Below the pieces are notes generated by a model that was given only the letters and a program-made list of their open reading frames with translations, was not told where the DNA came from and searched no databases. From Eledone cirrhosa (Eukaryota), in contig OZ024751.1 in NCBI GenBank assembly GCA_964016885.1, positions 7,688,001 to 7,752,000 on the forward strand: 64,000 nucleotides of DNA. The letters run 5' to 3'. The position numbers and the translations under genes are program-made. Each line of letters opens with the position of its first letter. The stretch's first letter is position 1. Shown here one piece after another: positions 39,396 through 52,910 of this stretch.

Positions 39396-40310
39396 ACACA
39401 TGTATACCGAATACCTTATCTCGCCCTCAATCCCCCTAACAATCCGGGTGGGTAGGCAATGGCTGAAACATCCCACTTGCCGAATAAAATAGGGAAAACC
39501 CCAGCTTACATAGGTAGATGTACCTCTTCTTTTCCTCTCTGTTTTCTTCTTCCCTTTGTCTCCTCCTATCACTTCCTCCCACTCCCGATCTTCTTCCTTT
39601 TATTTTTCCCCTTTCGCCCACCCCGAGGCAGCCCATCGGGCCCCTGTAGCCTCAATACCCCCACCACAGTGAATTATAGATAGCACTGGCGGAAAACGCT
39701 ATACTAACTAATCATAGCAGCTGTGTTAGACCCCAGAGATTTTGTATTACTTTTTGGTACCCAATTCTATAACTTCAAAAATTCTTATTTAGTATCTTCT
39801 ATTCTCAACTTATTAACCTATTCTATAACATTGGCCGAAAAAGCAACACCAACTAAATATAGCAGCTGTTTTAGACTCCACAGGATTTGATTTTTATCAC
39901 TTCTTACTATTCAAGTTTATATTTTTATATATCTTTCTCTTATTTTTTTTTATTGTCTCCAAATCTCATTTGATTCTATAACGTCCCTCCTCTATTTTCT
40001 CCAGAACCCTTTTCGCCTACTTCCTCTGGCCTACTTTCATACACAATCCTTAGAATTTGCTGAATATATTTCACTTTCAACGCTTGACCGGCTACAACCA
40101 CACCCTTATTGCTCTCCAGGCAAGTTCAGCCACCAAATTGCCATGATAGATTTAATTGTGTTTACAATAAATCTTGACAACTACAATCGTCCCATATAAG
40201 TAAGTACCCCTTGAAAACTTCGCCTATTTATTTACCAGGATAAACATTCTAATTTGTCCAGAAATATCCGTCGAAACGGCTTGAGCTCTGCTGTCGGGGT
40301 CATACATTTT
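39396..40310 (+). mobile_element. Probable solo pLTR-like segment of a second PLE family
   Basis: ~900-bp noncoding block between (TA)n tracts ending in a hammerhead motif whose 3' half recurs at 52920-52970 and 56220-56330. Confidence 0.5.
40206..40300 (+). ncRNA. Type I hammerhead motif: U3-A8 variant, full stem III, extended stem II region
   Basis: ACCCC TTGAAAA (55 nt incl. GGATAAA/TTTGTCC hairpin) GAAA CGGC-9nt-GCTG TC GGGGT; GUC triplet ends at 40295; base of stem II mispaired in this copy. Confidence 0.65.
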
Positions 40311-40340
40311 CCTATATATATGTAAAAATATATATATATA

Positions 40341-40379
<39 letters not shown>

Positions 40380-40449
40380 ATATAGATAGGTATATATATG
40401 TGCATATATATATATGTGTGTATATATATATAAATATATATACGCACAC

Positions 40450-40590
<141 letters not shown>

Positions 40591-40614
40591 CATCTCGATA
40601 TATATATATATATG

Positions 40615-40686
<72 letters not shown>

Positions 40687-41096
40687 CGTGGGAAAGTAAG
40701 AAATCGGAGAATAGACCGTTAAAACATGTTTATTTAATACAGCACCTACGTACGTTTCGCCCAGTTGGACTTCTCAAGGGCATAAATAATCAAAAGTGTT
40801 CCTTACATTGCTTGGAAAAGCTTTTGGGGTTAAATCCACGTCAAGGTTCATTGCTCGCAGAGCAATGAACCTTACGTAGGTGCTGTTTTAAATAAACATG
40901 TTTTAACGGTCTATTCTCCGATTTCTTACTTTCCCACGTGCTTACGCTCTGCTTACTCTCTAGCCCACTAAATATTAACACTTCGAATATTTAGTACTGC
41001 CGGCACTAGTATCGAGCACCTTTGGCACACGCTACTTGGCAAATAACTATATGTATCACCTATCCTCCCCTTTTTTTCTCTCTCTCGATACGTAAA

Positions 41097-41100
<4 letters not shown>
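40687..41100. mobile_element. Fold-back pLTR-only insertion of the 35-39 kb PLE family (with hammerhead at 40742-40782, minus strand)
   Basis: 40687-40860 is minus-orientation pLTR; 40860-40872 folds back; 40873-41100 is plus-orientation pLTR ending CGTAAATACT-(AT)n. Confidence 0.9.
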
Positions 41101-41140
<40 letters not shown>

Positions 41141-41850
41141 ATGTGTGTGTGTATACAGAGAAAGATAGAGAGACAGATAGAGAGATAATATTATTTTCAT
41201 TACAATAATAATTATCATTAATATTTATGTACATACTAATGTAGGCGATCGGTTCAATGACAATAATACAAGTGTAGAATTAAATAAATCTTAAAGACCG
41301 ACACATTTAAGTCAGGGAGTAACATCCAGCAGTAGCTACACACGTGTAAGTAGAATAGAATAGAGCTTGATTCGTATGGGTGCATTCCGCTGATAGAAAA
41401 TATAGTGATATGCCAATAATTTAACCAGTGTTTACGCTCAATGAAGCGTTTATTAATTCCCCTGCCTAATTTCTGATAGGTTTTGTTCATTTAGAGAGAC
41501 ATTTGGCATGAAGGCCAGACTTAAACGCAATGTAACATAATAAAATGATTCAATTGCACTAGCATCAAGACTGGCTTTGTTTCATCTAACAGGCTTTCTC
41601 AATAAGCATGCATATTGCTTTAAATGTTTTCAGCAACGAAGAGTTTGCATGAAAGTATTTAAAATTATAATGCAATTAGGCATAACATATTGCAGTCAGC
41701 TGTGTGATTTCCTGTCGTTTTGAATCATTACAGAATTATAAATCGCTTTCCTGGTCTTAAATGGCATTGACTGCTCTTCAAAGAGGAAAATGCATAGAAT
41801 CGCGTGTTCAAGATATATTGTCAATTTTATGAAATAATGAAAATAAGTCC

Positions 41851-41922
<72 letters not shown>

Positions 41923-42549
41923 ATATATAGGTACACACACTCACACACTTTAAACGGGAATATGGTTCGTATTTCTAAGTTACTCTAATCCACATCACTC
42001 ATGAGTGAATGCAATCAGGCTAGTTACACAAGTTCCGCGTTCAAATCATTCCTATACATTGTTTGCATACATTTTCAAACAGGCTTATTAATTGGATATC
42101 TTAATATACACTAATATTAATTGTATTAGTTTATTAAATATGGATTCTCTGAGACATGTTGGGGAGCAGTAGCGAGTGTCCATGTTTTGTAATGAACAAA
42201 TCACTGCTCATAATTAATATTCATTGATGCTTTCTAAAAGAGCGAGATGGTAAAAACTATATTAAAATGAAACAGGAAGATATTAAAAATGTGCTAAATA
42301 TAAAACCTGGTATTATTTCTTGCAACAGCGTCACTTTGAGGCATGTACTAAAAGTATCCGTTTTCTTTTACTATAGCTAAATATAAATAGGGATATATTA
42401 AAATGTTGTGTTAAGTTGTTATAATATCCGATATTACAAATTCAATGACATAAAGTAACGAAATTATATAGGAAAAAAAGTAGGCAATCACAATTTGAAA
42501 AAATCAAAACTATTGGTTTGTGATGCATGAATACGTTTTTTTTTGTTTT

Positions 42550-42580
<31 letters not shown>

Positions 42581-43158
42581 TTATTTTGTACAAAATAGCT
42601 TCATTGTGTTTTCAATTTTGGAATTGTTACATTTTCAATTATGATATATTTACTCATTTTACATGTCTCTAGATAATTTCCTTAACAAGTTTCAGTAATA
42701 ATTCTGTAATATATTCTAGTTATTTTAAACTATGGTATATTTGTGGAATTGTTAAAACTGAAAGCAGCAGGCAGCTGTTATAATGAGATCGAATCATAAA
42801 TATAAAAGATCTCATAGAATGTAGACGTTCAAAATGGTGTGAAATGTCCTAGGGAAGGATTAACGTGTTCCTATTAATATCATTTTCATATATAAACACG
42901 GACTGATTGTTTTTTTTGTTTTTTTTTTTGAGGGGAAACCACTTTCCATACATCAAATAATTAAAAGTTAGAGACTATATGGTTTTAATGTAAGTATTCA
43001 ATGATGCATTATGTAACCTGTCTTGAATAGAGAAATTATTAAAATGTTTCTTAAATAAAGATTAAGCAGAGCTAGCGAGATATAGAGCTAGAGAGAGAGA
43101 GAAAGACAATGATATATATATGTATAAATAAAGAGAGAGAAAAAGAGAGAGAGAGAGA

Positions 43159-43234
<76 letters not shown>

Positions 43235-43636
43235 GAGAGAGAATTAGGCAAAGCCAGTCAGAAGAGGAGAAAAAGAAAGTATGTTGCTGAACAAGACTAT
43301 AAAGTTATTTCTTTTATTTTATTGATAATATTGAAATAGGCATCATTAGACAATTCTATGGTCAATATAATATCTTCAATAAATACATACTTGCATGCAT
43401 ACTTTCATACTCAAACATGCATATAAAATACACATACACACACCCACACATACACACACACACACACACATTCGCACACACAGATATATATTATATGCAA
43501 GTAGACAATCAATTAGAGCATGGTATTCAACACTTAATAGCGGAGTTGATAATGTAAGAGAGTCGAAATGGAAATTTTTCGTTCCCCTATATCTTCAAAC
43601 CGGGTTCTCCAGAAAACTAGGGTGCATAACAATTAG

Positions 43637-43686
43637 TGTTCGGATGACGACTTGAAGAGGCACAATTGAAACATTTGTAATGGAAT
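43637..43686 (+). ncRNA. Degenerate hammerhead-like motif near a pLTR-like 3' end
   Basis: ATGACGA...TTG/CAA...GAAA CATTTG TA; the block ends TTATTCTTCAC before (AT)n, as does the 52361-52518 block. Confidence 0.35.
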
Positions 43687-43759
43687 ATTTCCGAATAAAT
43701 TGTAAAAACTATTATGCATACTTATTCTTCACCATATATATATATATATATATATATAC

Positions 43760-43826
<67 letters not shown>

Positions 43827-44293
43827 GTATACAGTTCACCTTTGACATTTATTATTTATATCATTGCAATATTAGACAACCATAATATGACTTCGGTGTT
43901 TCAGTGAGACATCGATGTATCAATGAACAGTGTGAGGCGATAGGCTGATATATTTATATATTGGTTTTCAAATGTGTAAGGCTCAACCTAGAGGCAATGC
44001 GAACCAGATTAATGAATATCCGAGACGATATAGGAATTAATTTATGCCCGTAGTTCATTGTCTCCTGTACATGCTGGACTAGTAATAATATGACAGAACT
44101 GGTAAACGAGTGTTTTCAGGATATAATGAATTATCATTTATATGTAGAATTATTTCATAATATGCTGAAATATATTGATAATTGAGCCTGACGATATCCA
44201 AGCGGAAGTATTGTTAGATTGCTCTCTTATAGCATCGGAAACCATCCAATATGACGTAAATATAGTCATCTCTAAATATATTTAACATAACAG

Positions 44294-44445
44294 GCTAGGA
44301 GGACGATGGCTAACATAATTTACTATAGATAGCTAGGAGGACCACATCTATATATAATCTACTATACATAGCTAGGAGTATCATGGCTATACATAATTTA
44401 CTATAGATAGTTCGGAAGACCATGGCTATATATAATCTACTATAT
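44294..44445. repeat. Four ~39-bp degenerate tandem repeats
   Basis: GCTAGGAGGAC..TGGCTA.A.ATAAT.TACTATAGATA units at ~44294, 44332, 44371, 44410. Confidence 0.8.
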
Positions 44446-45750
44446 CAGAAAATAAGAGGAGACTCGACTGGTGTAATTCCTTAAAGTTTTATTATATAGT
44501 TTTTTCAATGACCGGATTCAGTATGAATGCGTTGACATCGTCAGGTATTCGACATTTAAGGAAGGAATATAATAGACTCAATCCATGGGGCTGAAAAGGC
44601 AGAGAGACGAGAAGGCGGCCAAATATTTAGCAGTTTCCAGTCCGGTTAGTCGCCTTCAAGTGAGGACTACTAAGTGTTGTTATGTCTTTCTGGTGAAGGG
44701 GTGTAAGCTTATAGTGTACTACTACCACCCCGTCGTGGACAGAGACTAGCGGTGGGATCAGGCTACATAGAGGTTGGTCAGAAGTGCTAAAAAGTGCAAG
44801 ATATATATTTTTTCCAAAACATATATCTTTAACAAAACTATATATAGTGGGGGCATGTACAGTATATTTTCTATTGTAGGGTCATAAATTACGATTAAAG
44901 ATTAGAAATGTAAAATTTATGTCTAGAATTAAAAGCTGTCATTTAAGATAAGATTAGAAAAGTAAGATTTAGGTTTAAAGTTAAAATGTAAGGTTAAGCC
45001 CATGTTTAAGAGTACCATTTAGCGATCAATAACCAGCAACGTTGCGAACTCCCAGCCCACCCAGGGCCCAATGGCGTGTCAAACTGTCCGAGTATTTTCT
45101 TCTGCCGAAAGAAAGGGAAATTTATTTTTCCTAGCACTCCAGGAATGTTGACTGTCTTAAGCGCCGGGGTAATGTATTGGGTAATTGTTGGCCTTGGGCC
45201 AAAAGTAGAAACAATTATTATTATATTATAGTTTATATTATAGTTTAAACTAAACATTTTGAGAGAGTTTAGAGAGAACAACCATAGTTATTTTGGTGGT
45301 GTTTATGATGTTGCTAGCTGTTTGACCAGGTCACTAAATCAGTCTATATATTTTGATGACTTCCTCGCTTCTATTCAAGTGTAGTGACACTACTACCATC
45401 CCTAACAGGAGGTAGTGAGGGAATAGTGGTGGTAGCGATGATGCAGTGGTGGCGGTGGTAATAGGATAGTAGTACTATAGTGATGGTGTTGCTGCAGCCG
45501 TTGGTTTGTATTTTGCTTGTGGTAGTGGTGATGGTGGCGGCGGTGGTGGCGGTGATGGTGGTGAAATTATTTGGCTGTTGTTTGTAACCATTTTCTTTTT
45601 TGACTGTAACATTTCTGATAAAAAATTAAATATTAAATATTGGAGCCCAATGCCATAATGTGATGCGTTGTCACATCCTGAGAGCCAAGACTGGTATTTT
45701 GTGTTCCATTTGTAATAAGAATTATTCTATCACAATTGTGTTTATTATTG

Positions 45751-45802
<52 letters not shown>

Positions 45803-45821
45803 CATTATTATTATTATTATT

Positions 45822-47719
45822 ACAGTTGCATTTATCTTGCTTTATGTTCATACGAGTTATCACCAAGTCACAACCAGTGACCTCAAGAGACAACAAGGTC
45901 CGCCATGTTCAAGAAAGAACATACATACTCACACATGCATCTTTAGTGTTTAGACTTGTGATGTACTTAAATTGACAGAATCTTCCTTAGTATATGGGCA
46001 GGTCTCATTAGTACTATATTTTGTATTTCTCCTATACGCGGGTTTCCTGGGATTTGCGATAAGTAATCATTAGATCCCTTAGGTATCATTCCCAGAGCGC
46101 CTACAACCACTGGTATTGTTTTAGTTCTCAATTTCCACATTTTTCCTATTTCTATCTCCGGGTCCTTATACTTGCTCAATTTTTCAAATGTTTTTATAGA
46201 TACATTCTTGTCAATTGGCACAGACATATCAATTAGCAGGCATACCCTCTTTTCAAAGTCCTTCAATATTATATCAGGTCTATTTGCATCTATTTTTCGG
46301 TCTGTTTGGATGCTAAAGTTCCACAAGATTGAGATGTGATCTTTTTCAAGTATGCGAGGTGGTTGATGCTCCCACCAATTCTTTTGATGGGGCAGGTCAA
46401 AATGCTTACACATTATCCAATGTATGTATTGTGCAGCTCTGTCATGTCTGTTTAGGTATTCGGTTGGAGCTATAGGACTGCACATTGAAATTATATGGTC
46501 AATGGTCTCTGGTTGTTTTTTGCACACACGGCATAATGGGCTGCATCCATTTTTTATTATGTTGGCTTGGTAATTTTTTGTTAGCAGACACTGATCTTGT
46601 GCTGATATAATCAGTCTTTCAGTCTCCGATTTCAGTCCAGAGGATGCCAACCACTGATGGGTTAAAGTGTTGTCAACATCAGGATTGTTAGCTCGCTCTG
46701 GGTATTTTCCATACAGAGGCTTTTCTTGCCATTTCTTAGCCAGTTCCTATAGCAGTTCTTTCTTTGCAGTTACTTTTACCTGCTTTGCTTTTTCTGTGTT
46801 TTCCATTTTAGCAGTAAATGGGACTTCTGAAATGTGTAGTCCATTACTGTATATTTGTGCATCTTTTGTAATGGAATATGATCTTTTGATGCTTTCGTAT
46901 TTCAAAACGAGTTTGATCATCCAATCATGTGATTCCCTTAGATATCTAGATAATCCAATTGTTGCAGTTTTCAACACAATGTCTAACTGGATTAACCCAC
47001 GTCCTCATCATTTCCTATTCTATCTATATCTGCCTTAGAGTGATGCATTCTGTGCATGGTTAAGAATTTTCGAATTTTTGTATCGAGCCTACGGATCTCT
47101 GTTCTTGACCAGTTGATGACATTGTAACTGTAGGTTACTACTGGTATGGCAAGCGTGTTTATGGCATCGATCCTATTCCTTGCATTCAATTCCGTTCTTA
47201 AGATTGCTCTTACTCTGCGGTAAAATTCCTTCCTTATCCTTTCCCCTCATTGTCGAGTGCTTGATTCCGTCTCCTTCACAAACACCTAGATATTTGTAAG
47301 TTTTTTCTTGATCAAGTTCTCTTATCACGTTCCCCCGATCAAGATTAATGTCTGAACTCTTCAGCAGCTTTCCTCTGGTGAACGTTGCTTTGGCGCATTT
47401 ATCAAGTCCAAACTCCATTTTAATGTTATCACTGAACTGCTCCACAGTGGATAATAGACCTTGCAATTGTTCATCATTTTTTGCAAATAGTTTCAGGTCA
47501 TCCATGTAGAACAAGTGATTAATGGTTTTGTCATAGACTTTATATCCATGATTTGTTTCATTGAGCATTTTACTTAATGGTATAAGCGCGATGCAGAATA
47601 AAAGCGGTGATAATGAGTCACCCTGAACAATTTCACAATTAATATTAACTTCTCCAGCTTCCAGTGATTTTGTTTCACTATTCAAAAGGAGTGTCGTTTT
47701 CCATGTCTTCATACTGAAG
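45822..47719 (-). pseudogene. 5'-truncated R4/Dong-clade element of a second family (RT motif B to REL endonuclease), decayed
   Basis: QGDSLSPLLF, NHLFYMDDLKLF, YKYLGV, CRVC..QPETIDHIISMC, RHD, RPDII, KLSKY; (TAA)n at both ends. Confidence 0.92.
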
Positions 47720-47745
47720 TTATTATTATTATTATTATTATTATT

Positions 47746-50593
47746 GAATGCTCTGGTTGACGGAGGCTCGGCTCTGTAAGGTATTGTAAATTTTGACCGC
47801 TATAACAATTGTAAATTGTTTTAAATTTTAACCAGCTTGTAGACAAAAACACCCTCCTCCTCGTGAGAGGGGTCTTTCTGCCCGTTATTTGGCCCTTCGG
47901 GTTAAATAACTGCTTATTGGGGTTTTGTGCCCAATATTTATTTTAAACAAAAAAAACAACATGGCTACGAAAAATAATTTTCATAGGTCACTCCCACTCA
48001 TTCCGTTTTCTTCTTCCTCAATCGTCACTACAGCAGAGAGAAGATTGTCTCTCTCCCTCCCTTCTTTAAATGTGTCTCTCTCCCTCCCTTCTCTTTCGGA
48101 AGCGACGACAGAAAAGAAATGTCTCGTGCAAAGCGTGCAAGATTTCTCCACGACGACGACGACAACGACGGAACAGGTGTGCGGGAAATACGAAAACCCG
48201 TTTCATTCGTCTGACGTCAGGAATAATAGCAGTAGCAGCCGTAATAACAATAGCAACAGTGACAATGAAAACAACAGTAGCAGCCGCAACAGCATCAGCA
48301 GCAGCATAAACAACAACAGCATTAGCAGCATCAGCAACAACAACAACCACAGCAACAGCGGCGGCGGCAGTAGTCGTAGTACCTGCAGCAACAACAAAAG
48401 TAACAGCAGCTCTGACGACAACAACAACAACAGCAGCAAAGAAAAACCAATCTCATTTGCAGGTATTGCGAAGAACCTGGAAACAATCCTCATAACAAAT
48501 GAGGAATTAGAGGAAGCGAAGAAGATGGTGACAAAGACTGGACACCGAGCAATCTGCAAGGCAGCGGAAAATGTACAGTAAGTACAAAATCCCGTAGGGT
48601 TGAAAGAGCCACAGAGGCTCAAATACAAAAAGCCTTGGGGTCCGTGTGGCAGCGGAAAACGCCATCACCCGAGGCAAAAAATATGCCACCGTAGACGTAC
48701 ATGTTGCCACACCCCAGGAGGCAATGGCTCAATCCGTAGTGACCCTAAGGAGCGAGGAAAAAAAAAACCACCACTTGTTGTTTTGCCATGCACAGCGACA
48801 TCTGCTCTGTGGTGAGAGTGAACGGTCACCTGTCGGAACCGTTCAACATCATGCGCTCGGTCCGCCAAGGATGTTCCCTCTCGTCCCTCTTGTACGTATT
48901 GACTCTCGAGCCAGTACTGCACAAACTGGAGACGTTGAGGGGCGACCCGCGCGAATTAGGATGCGGAAGATCCGTGTCAGCATATGAGGACGATGTCACC
49001 GTAGTGGTGTCGAACGCCAAACACATCGAGGCGATCGGCACTACACTAAGAGAATACGAAGCGGTGACAGGATCAATGATCAACCAGGAAAAGTCAGTGG
49101 GCCTGCAGCTCGGCACCTGGAGAGGCAGGTCCATGCCGTCCAACAGCGTGGTCGGAAGCTGGACGGACGGACCGGTTAAATTGCTAGGGGTCTGGTTCGG
49201 TCCGGACCTCCAGACGGACAAAAACTGGCACGAGGTGACGAGCAGGGTGGCTTCTCTCACCCAGAAATGGGCGGAGAGGAAGCTATCCTTGAAATGTCGA
49301 GCGGAGGTGGCTAACGCGTACATCGCGTCTGTCATCTGCTACCGCCTGACCGTCGTACCTTGTCCTAAACCTCGCCTGACTGCGCTGGAGCGTTTGCTCT
49401 TTCGCTTTTTGTGGAAGGGACGCGCTCCGATGGTCAGGCGGTCCATCTGTTGTCAACACCCGCTACATGGAGGGCTGGGCATGCCGTGGCTGATGATGCG
49501 CAGGCACGCGCTCAGGCTACGACATCTCCACCTCTTCCTCGATGGTGATCAGGTGTGGTCGCCGTTTGCTAGACACGTATTTCCCCAGCTCGTTTCCTTG
49601 ACGGAGCTGCAGTCCTGGGTCAAGCGAAGGCCAAGAGGGAGCGCCTGGAGACTGGAATGTCTTCAGGCGCTCACAGCCATCGACCAATCGGGTAATGTGA
49701 TCGGTGGAAACTCCACCTCGGCGTTCTATAGAGGATTAGTGGAGGGGAAGAGCGACGACGTACTTGGGGAAACTCTAGGCGTCGACGAAAATCAACTAGC
49801 CAATCTCTTCGGAAGAACTTTCTGGCCAGGGCCTATGGAAAACTTCCAGAAATCTCTGGCCTGGCAGTGCTTCCGAGGAGCCTTGCCAGTTCGGGATAAA
49901 ATCTACAGGCATGGATGTGCCGTCAGCCGGGCATGTCCGAGATGCGCGCAGGGCGACGAAACCGTCCTGCACGCACTCGTCCAGTTTCCGAAAATTGCTA
50001 ACATGTGGGTTTATGTCGAACACCTGCTGTCGCGTTTAGGACGGATCCGGCTATCATCTGAGTCCATCGTGAGGATTGCCCCGCCCTCCTCCTTTAGCCG
50101 GGAAGGGCAGGCAGTTTTTATCCGTCTGGTGGCCATGGCGAAAGAGATAGTATGGTGGACACGTTTGAAAGGGCTGAAGACGAGCACTTACCACTTCGGT
50201 GATGCTCTGATTGACTTTTTCAAATTTCATTTGAAAAGGAAAATCAGAGTAGAGAGGGAAGTGCTCTCTTCCCAGCATTTTGTTGAAAGATGGGTGAGAG
50301 AAGCAAGAATGGCCCGAGTGAATGGGCCTACTCTGAGTATATATCTGTAAATTAAAGGTGGAAAACTGGGAGAGGGCACTTGCCCTGGTGGTCAGGGCCA
50401 CTGTGGTCTTTTAATGGGCTTTCTCCACAAATGTCCCTTGGAAGTCTCCCCCCTATTGGGGAATTTTTCTTTGTTATTTTATTTCAACCTCTGTTTTTTT
50501 ACACGCAGAAATGCCCATTTGTACCGTCCTGTATTGTCCTGTACTCTCCTTAATGTCTACTTTATGTGAACCCTTGTGGTTAATAAAGAAAAC
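47746..50593 (+). mobile_element. Internally deleted L1/Tx1-clade retrotransposon in (TTA)n
   Basis: 5' UTR, ORF1 N-half (47961-~48775, with stop), then an ORF2 remnant; 3' UTR ends TAATAAAGAAAAC-(ATT)n; (TTA)n on both flanks. Confidence 0.88.
48788..50350 (+). pseudogene. L1/Tx1 ORF2 C-terminal part (RT motifs B-E and Cys-rich domain), 520 codons open
   Basis: VRVNGHLSEPF, SVRQGCSLSSLLY, SAYEDDVTV, KLLGVWF, GGLG, CPRC...ETVLHAL; APE endonuclease and RT N-half absent; YADD changed to YEDD. Confidence 0.88.
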
Positions 50594-50594
50594 A

Positions 50595-50605
<11 letters not shown>

Positions 50606-50625
<20 letters not shown>

Positions 50626-50999
50626 TATTATTATTTTTCAATAGAATAATTTCCTTAGTTAGAGAACCATCATGTTATATAAGTACAATATTTACATCCA
50701 ATCGTGCGATGCGATCCTATCAGTTAAAGCAAAGGATCTCAACCCATTTAGGCCAAACACCCCCTTTTGCCCATCGAAATCACGAAAGCCCCCCCCCCCC
50801 CGGGGGGGGGGGGGGGCTTTCGTGATTTCGATGGGCAAAAGGGGGTGTTTGGCCTAAATGGGTTGAGATCCTTTGCTTTAACTGATAGGATCGCATCGCA
50901 CGATTGGATGTAAATATTGTACTTATATAACATGATGGTTCTCTAACTAAGGAAATTATTCTATTGAAAAATAATAATAATAGTAATAATAATAATAAT
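50606..50999. repeat. 394-bp palindrome centred on C13/G15
   Basis: Arms are exact reverse complements including the variant triplet in the (TAA)n tail; no spacer. Confidence 0.97.
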
Positions 51000-51547
51000 T
51001 TGATATCAGTAGATTACTGGGCCAAAACATACTCGTACGAATTAAATACGAACAAGTTTCAGTTCAAATCTAAAGCAAGCTATTTGAAATGATATATTTT
51101 TTGAAAGATAGACGTGAATATTCTAAAACATTTGATCTCAGTCGAAAAACGTTCTTTTTTTTAAATTCTATATTTCACTGATAGCTGTTGTAATATTTTG
51201 AGTGGATAGAGAATTCTACAATTCAAACTGCAAAGTCAAAATACAAAAGATGCAAAATATGAAGAATTTCTTACCTTTCTCTGGAATCACAAACACAGGA
51301 GAAAAATAGTACCTTGCAAAATAAAATACTTAGTATCAACGAATGAATTGAGAAGCTTGGTGACAGTGAGAAAGCAATACCTGTATCCTTTATATAGAGA
51401 TACACACAAACACACACATAAACGCTCACTCGCACGCACGCGCACACACACACACATATACATACACACACACAAACACGCGTGTGTGTGCCTTGGTTTT
51501 GGTACAGAAATAATTTTGTCTCCAGTTTTTATTGTCAGGTCAAAGGC

Positions 51548-51616
<69 letters not shown>

Positions 51617-51629
51617 GGATAATAGAAAT

Positions 51630-52316
51630 TGCTGTGTAGTTGCTATTTAAGGTAACTTAAATAAAATGAAGAGGGAATAAGAAGAAAGAAACAAATGTAG
51701 GGTGGTCCTCATCAGTTGTCTACTGGGCGTCTTGGATATTTCTACGCTTTAAAGACAAGATATCTCGCCCCAGGGCATCATTAACTGGATAAATTATTGG
51801 GAAAACGGAGGAGGAAGGGAAGGAAAACAAAAGGGAAGAAAAGAGAAAACGGTGTAAAATAGTGAAAAAACAACAACAAACGAGCAATGTGCGAGCAACT
51901 TAAGGTAAGAAAATCCAAGACCACAGGATAAGAGAAGTTAAGTTCATGCCTGAGTGGTCGAGAGAAAAAAAGACACACATATTATCACCGCAGTTGTAAG
52001 TGAGAGGTATAAGGTGGAGTAAGAGTAGATAGTAACGAAATAGTTAGGTAGAAAAGATGAGTGAAAGTGAGAGGGAGAGAAGGAGAGGAAGAAAGAGGGG
52101 TGAGAAGAGAAAGTAGCGAAATAGGTAGGTAGAAGGAGAGAGAAGAATGGTTACAGCGAAATCACGATGAAATATATGGAGAAGGGAAATGGCTGTGTAG
52201 TTGCTATTTAAAGTAACTTAAAATGAAGTGGGAATAATAAGAAACCAAGAAGGGGAGGATGGCGTTTTCCTCATCAGTTTTCTACTGGGAGTCTCGGCTA
52301 CTTCTACGCTCTAAAG

Positions 52317-52320
<4 letters not shown>
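51630..52320 (-). repeat. Two diverged ~140-bp direct repeats (51630-51770, 52190-52320) with purine-rich spacer; probable tandem pLTR remnant
   Basis: GCTGTGTAGTTGCTATTTAA...TCCTCATCAGTT.TCTACTGGG...CTACGCT.TAAAGACAA occurs twice, between (TA)n tracts. Confidence 0.7.
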
Positions 52321-52364
<44 letters not shown>

Positions 52365-52407
52365 TGAAGAATAACATGGTTGACAGTACAAACAAAGATA
52401 TTTATTT

Positions 52408-52518
52408 ATAGTCATACAATTGTTTCCATCATAGAATTGTCTATAAATTGCTAAATACTGGAGACAGTATAACTCATTTTACAATACGTCTAAGTACAAT
52501 CATTTAATCAGAAACTAT
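52408..52518 (-). ncRNA. Degenerate hammerhead motif with ~80-nt stem II insert
   Basis: Minus: ATAGTTT CTGATTA ... GAAA CAATTG TA TGACTAT; G8 mutated. Confidence 0.45.
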
Positions 52519-52843
52519 TAAGAAATATAAAATATATGCGTAACGGTAAACTTAAAAATTAAAATTACTACATCAATAATAGTATTAATGATAAGTAATT
52601 AAAGGAAGGGGGACAGATGGAAATGAGAGAGACAGAAAGAAAATGACAACAGAAGGAACGAAGATACAGTTAAATGTATAACCGGCAAAGTTACGAAATC
52701 AAACTATCACATGAAAATAAATATAATATTAATAATAATAAAGATATATATAGAAAGAGAGAAGGGGATATAGCCTAGGCAAAGAGGAAGGATAAGTAAG
52801 GAAGATGAGAAAGAAATAGAGGAAGATTAAGGGGCATGAGTAA

Positions 52844-52908
<65 letters not shown>

Positions 52909-52910
<2 letters not shown>

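Noticed and set aside
44184-44224. GAGC-CTGACGA...GCTC hammerhead-like motif
   Set aside because: GAAA and stem III are absent.
51700-52280. CTGATGA motifs on the minus strand at ~51710 and ~52271
   Set aside because: No properly placed GAAA, stem III or NUH found.
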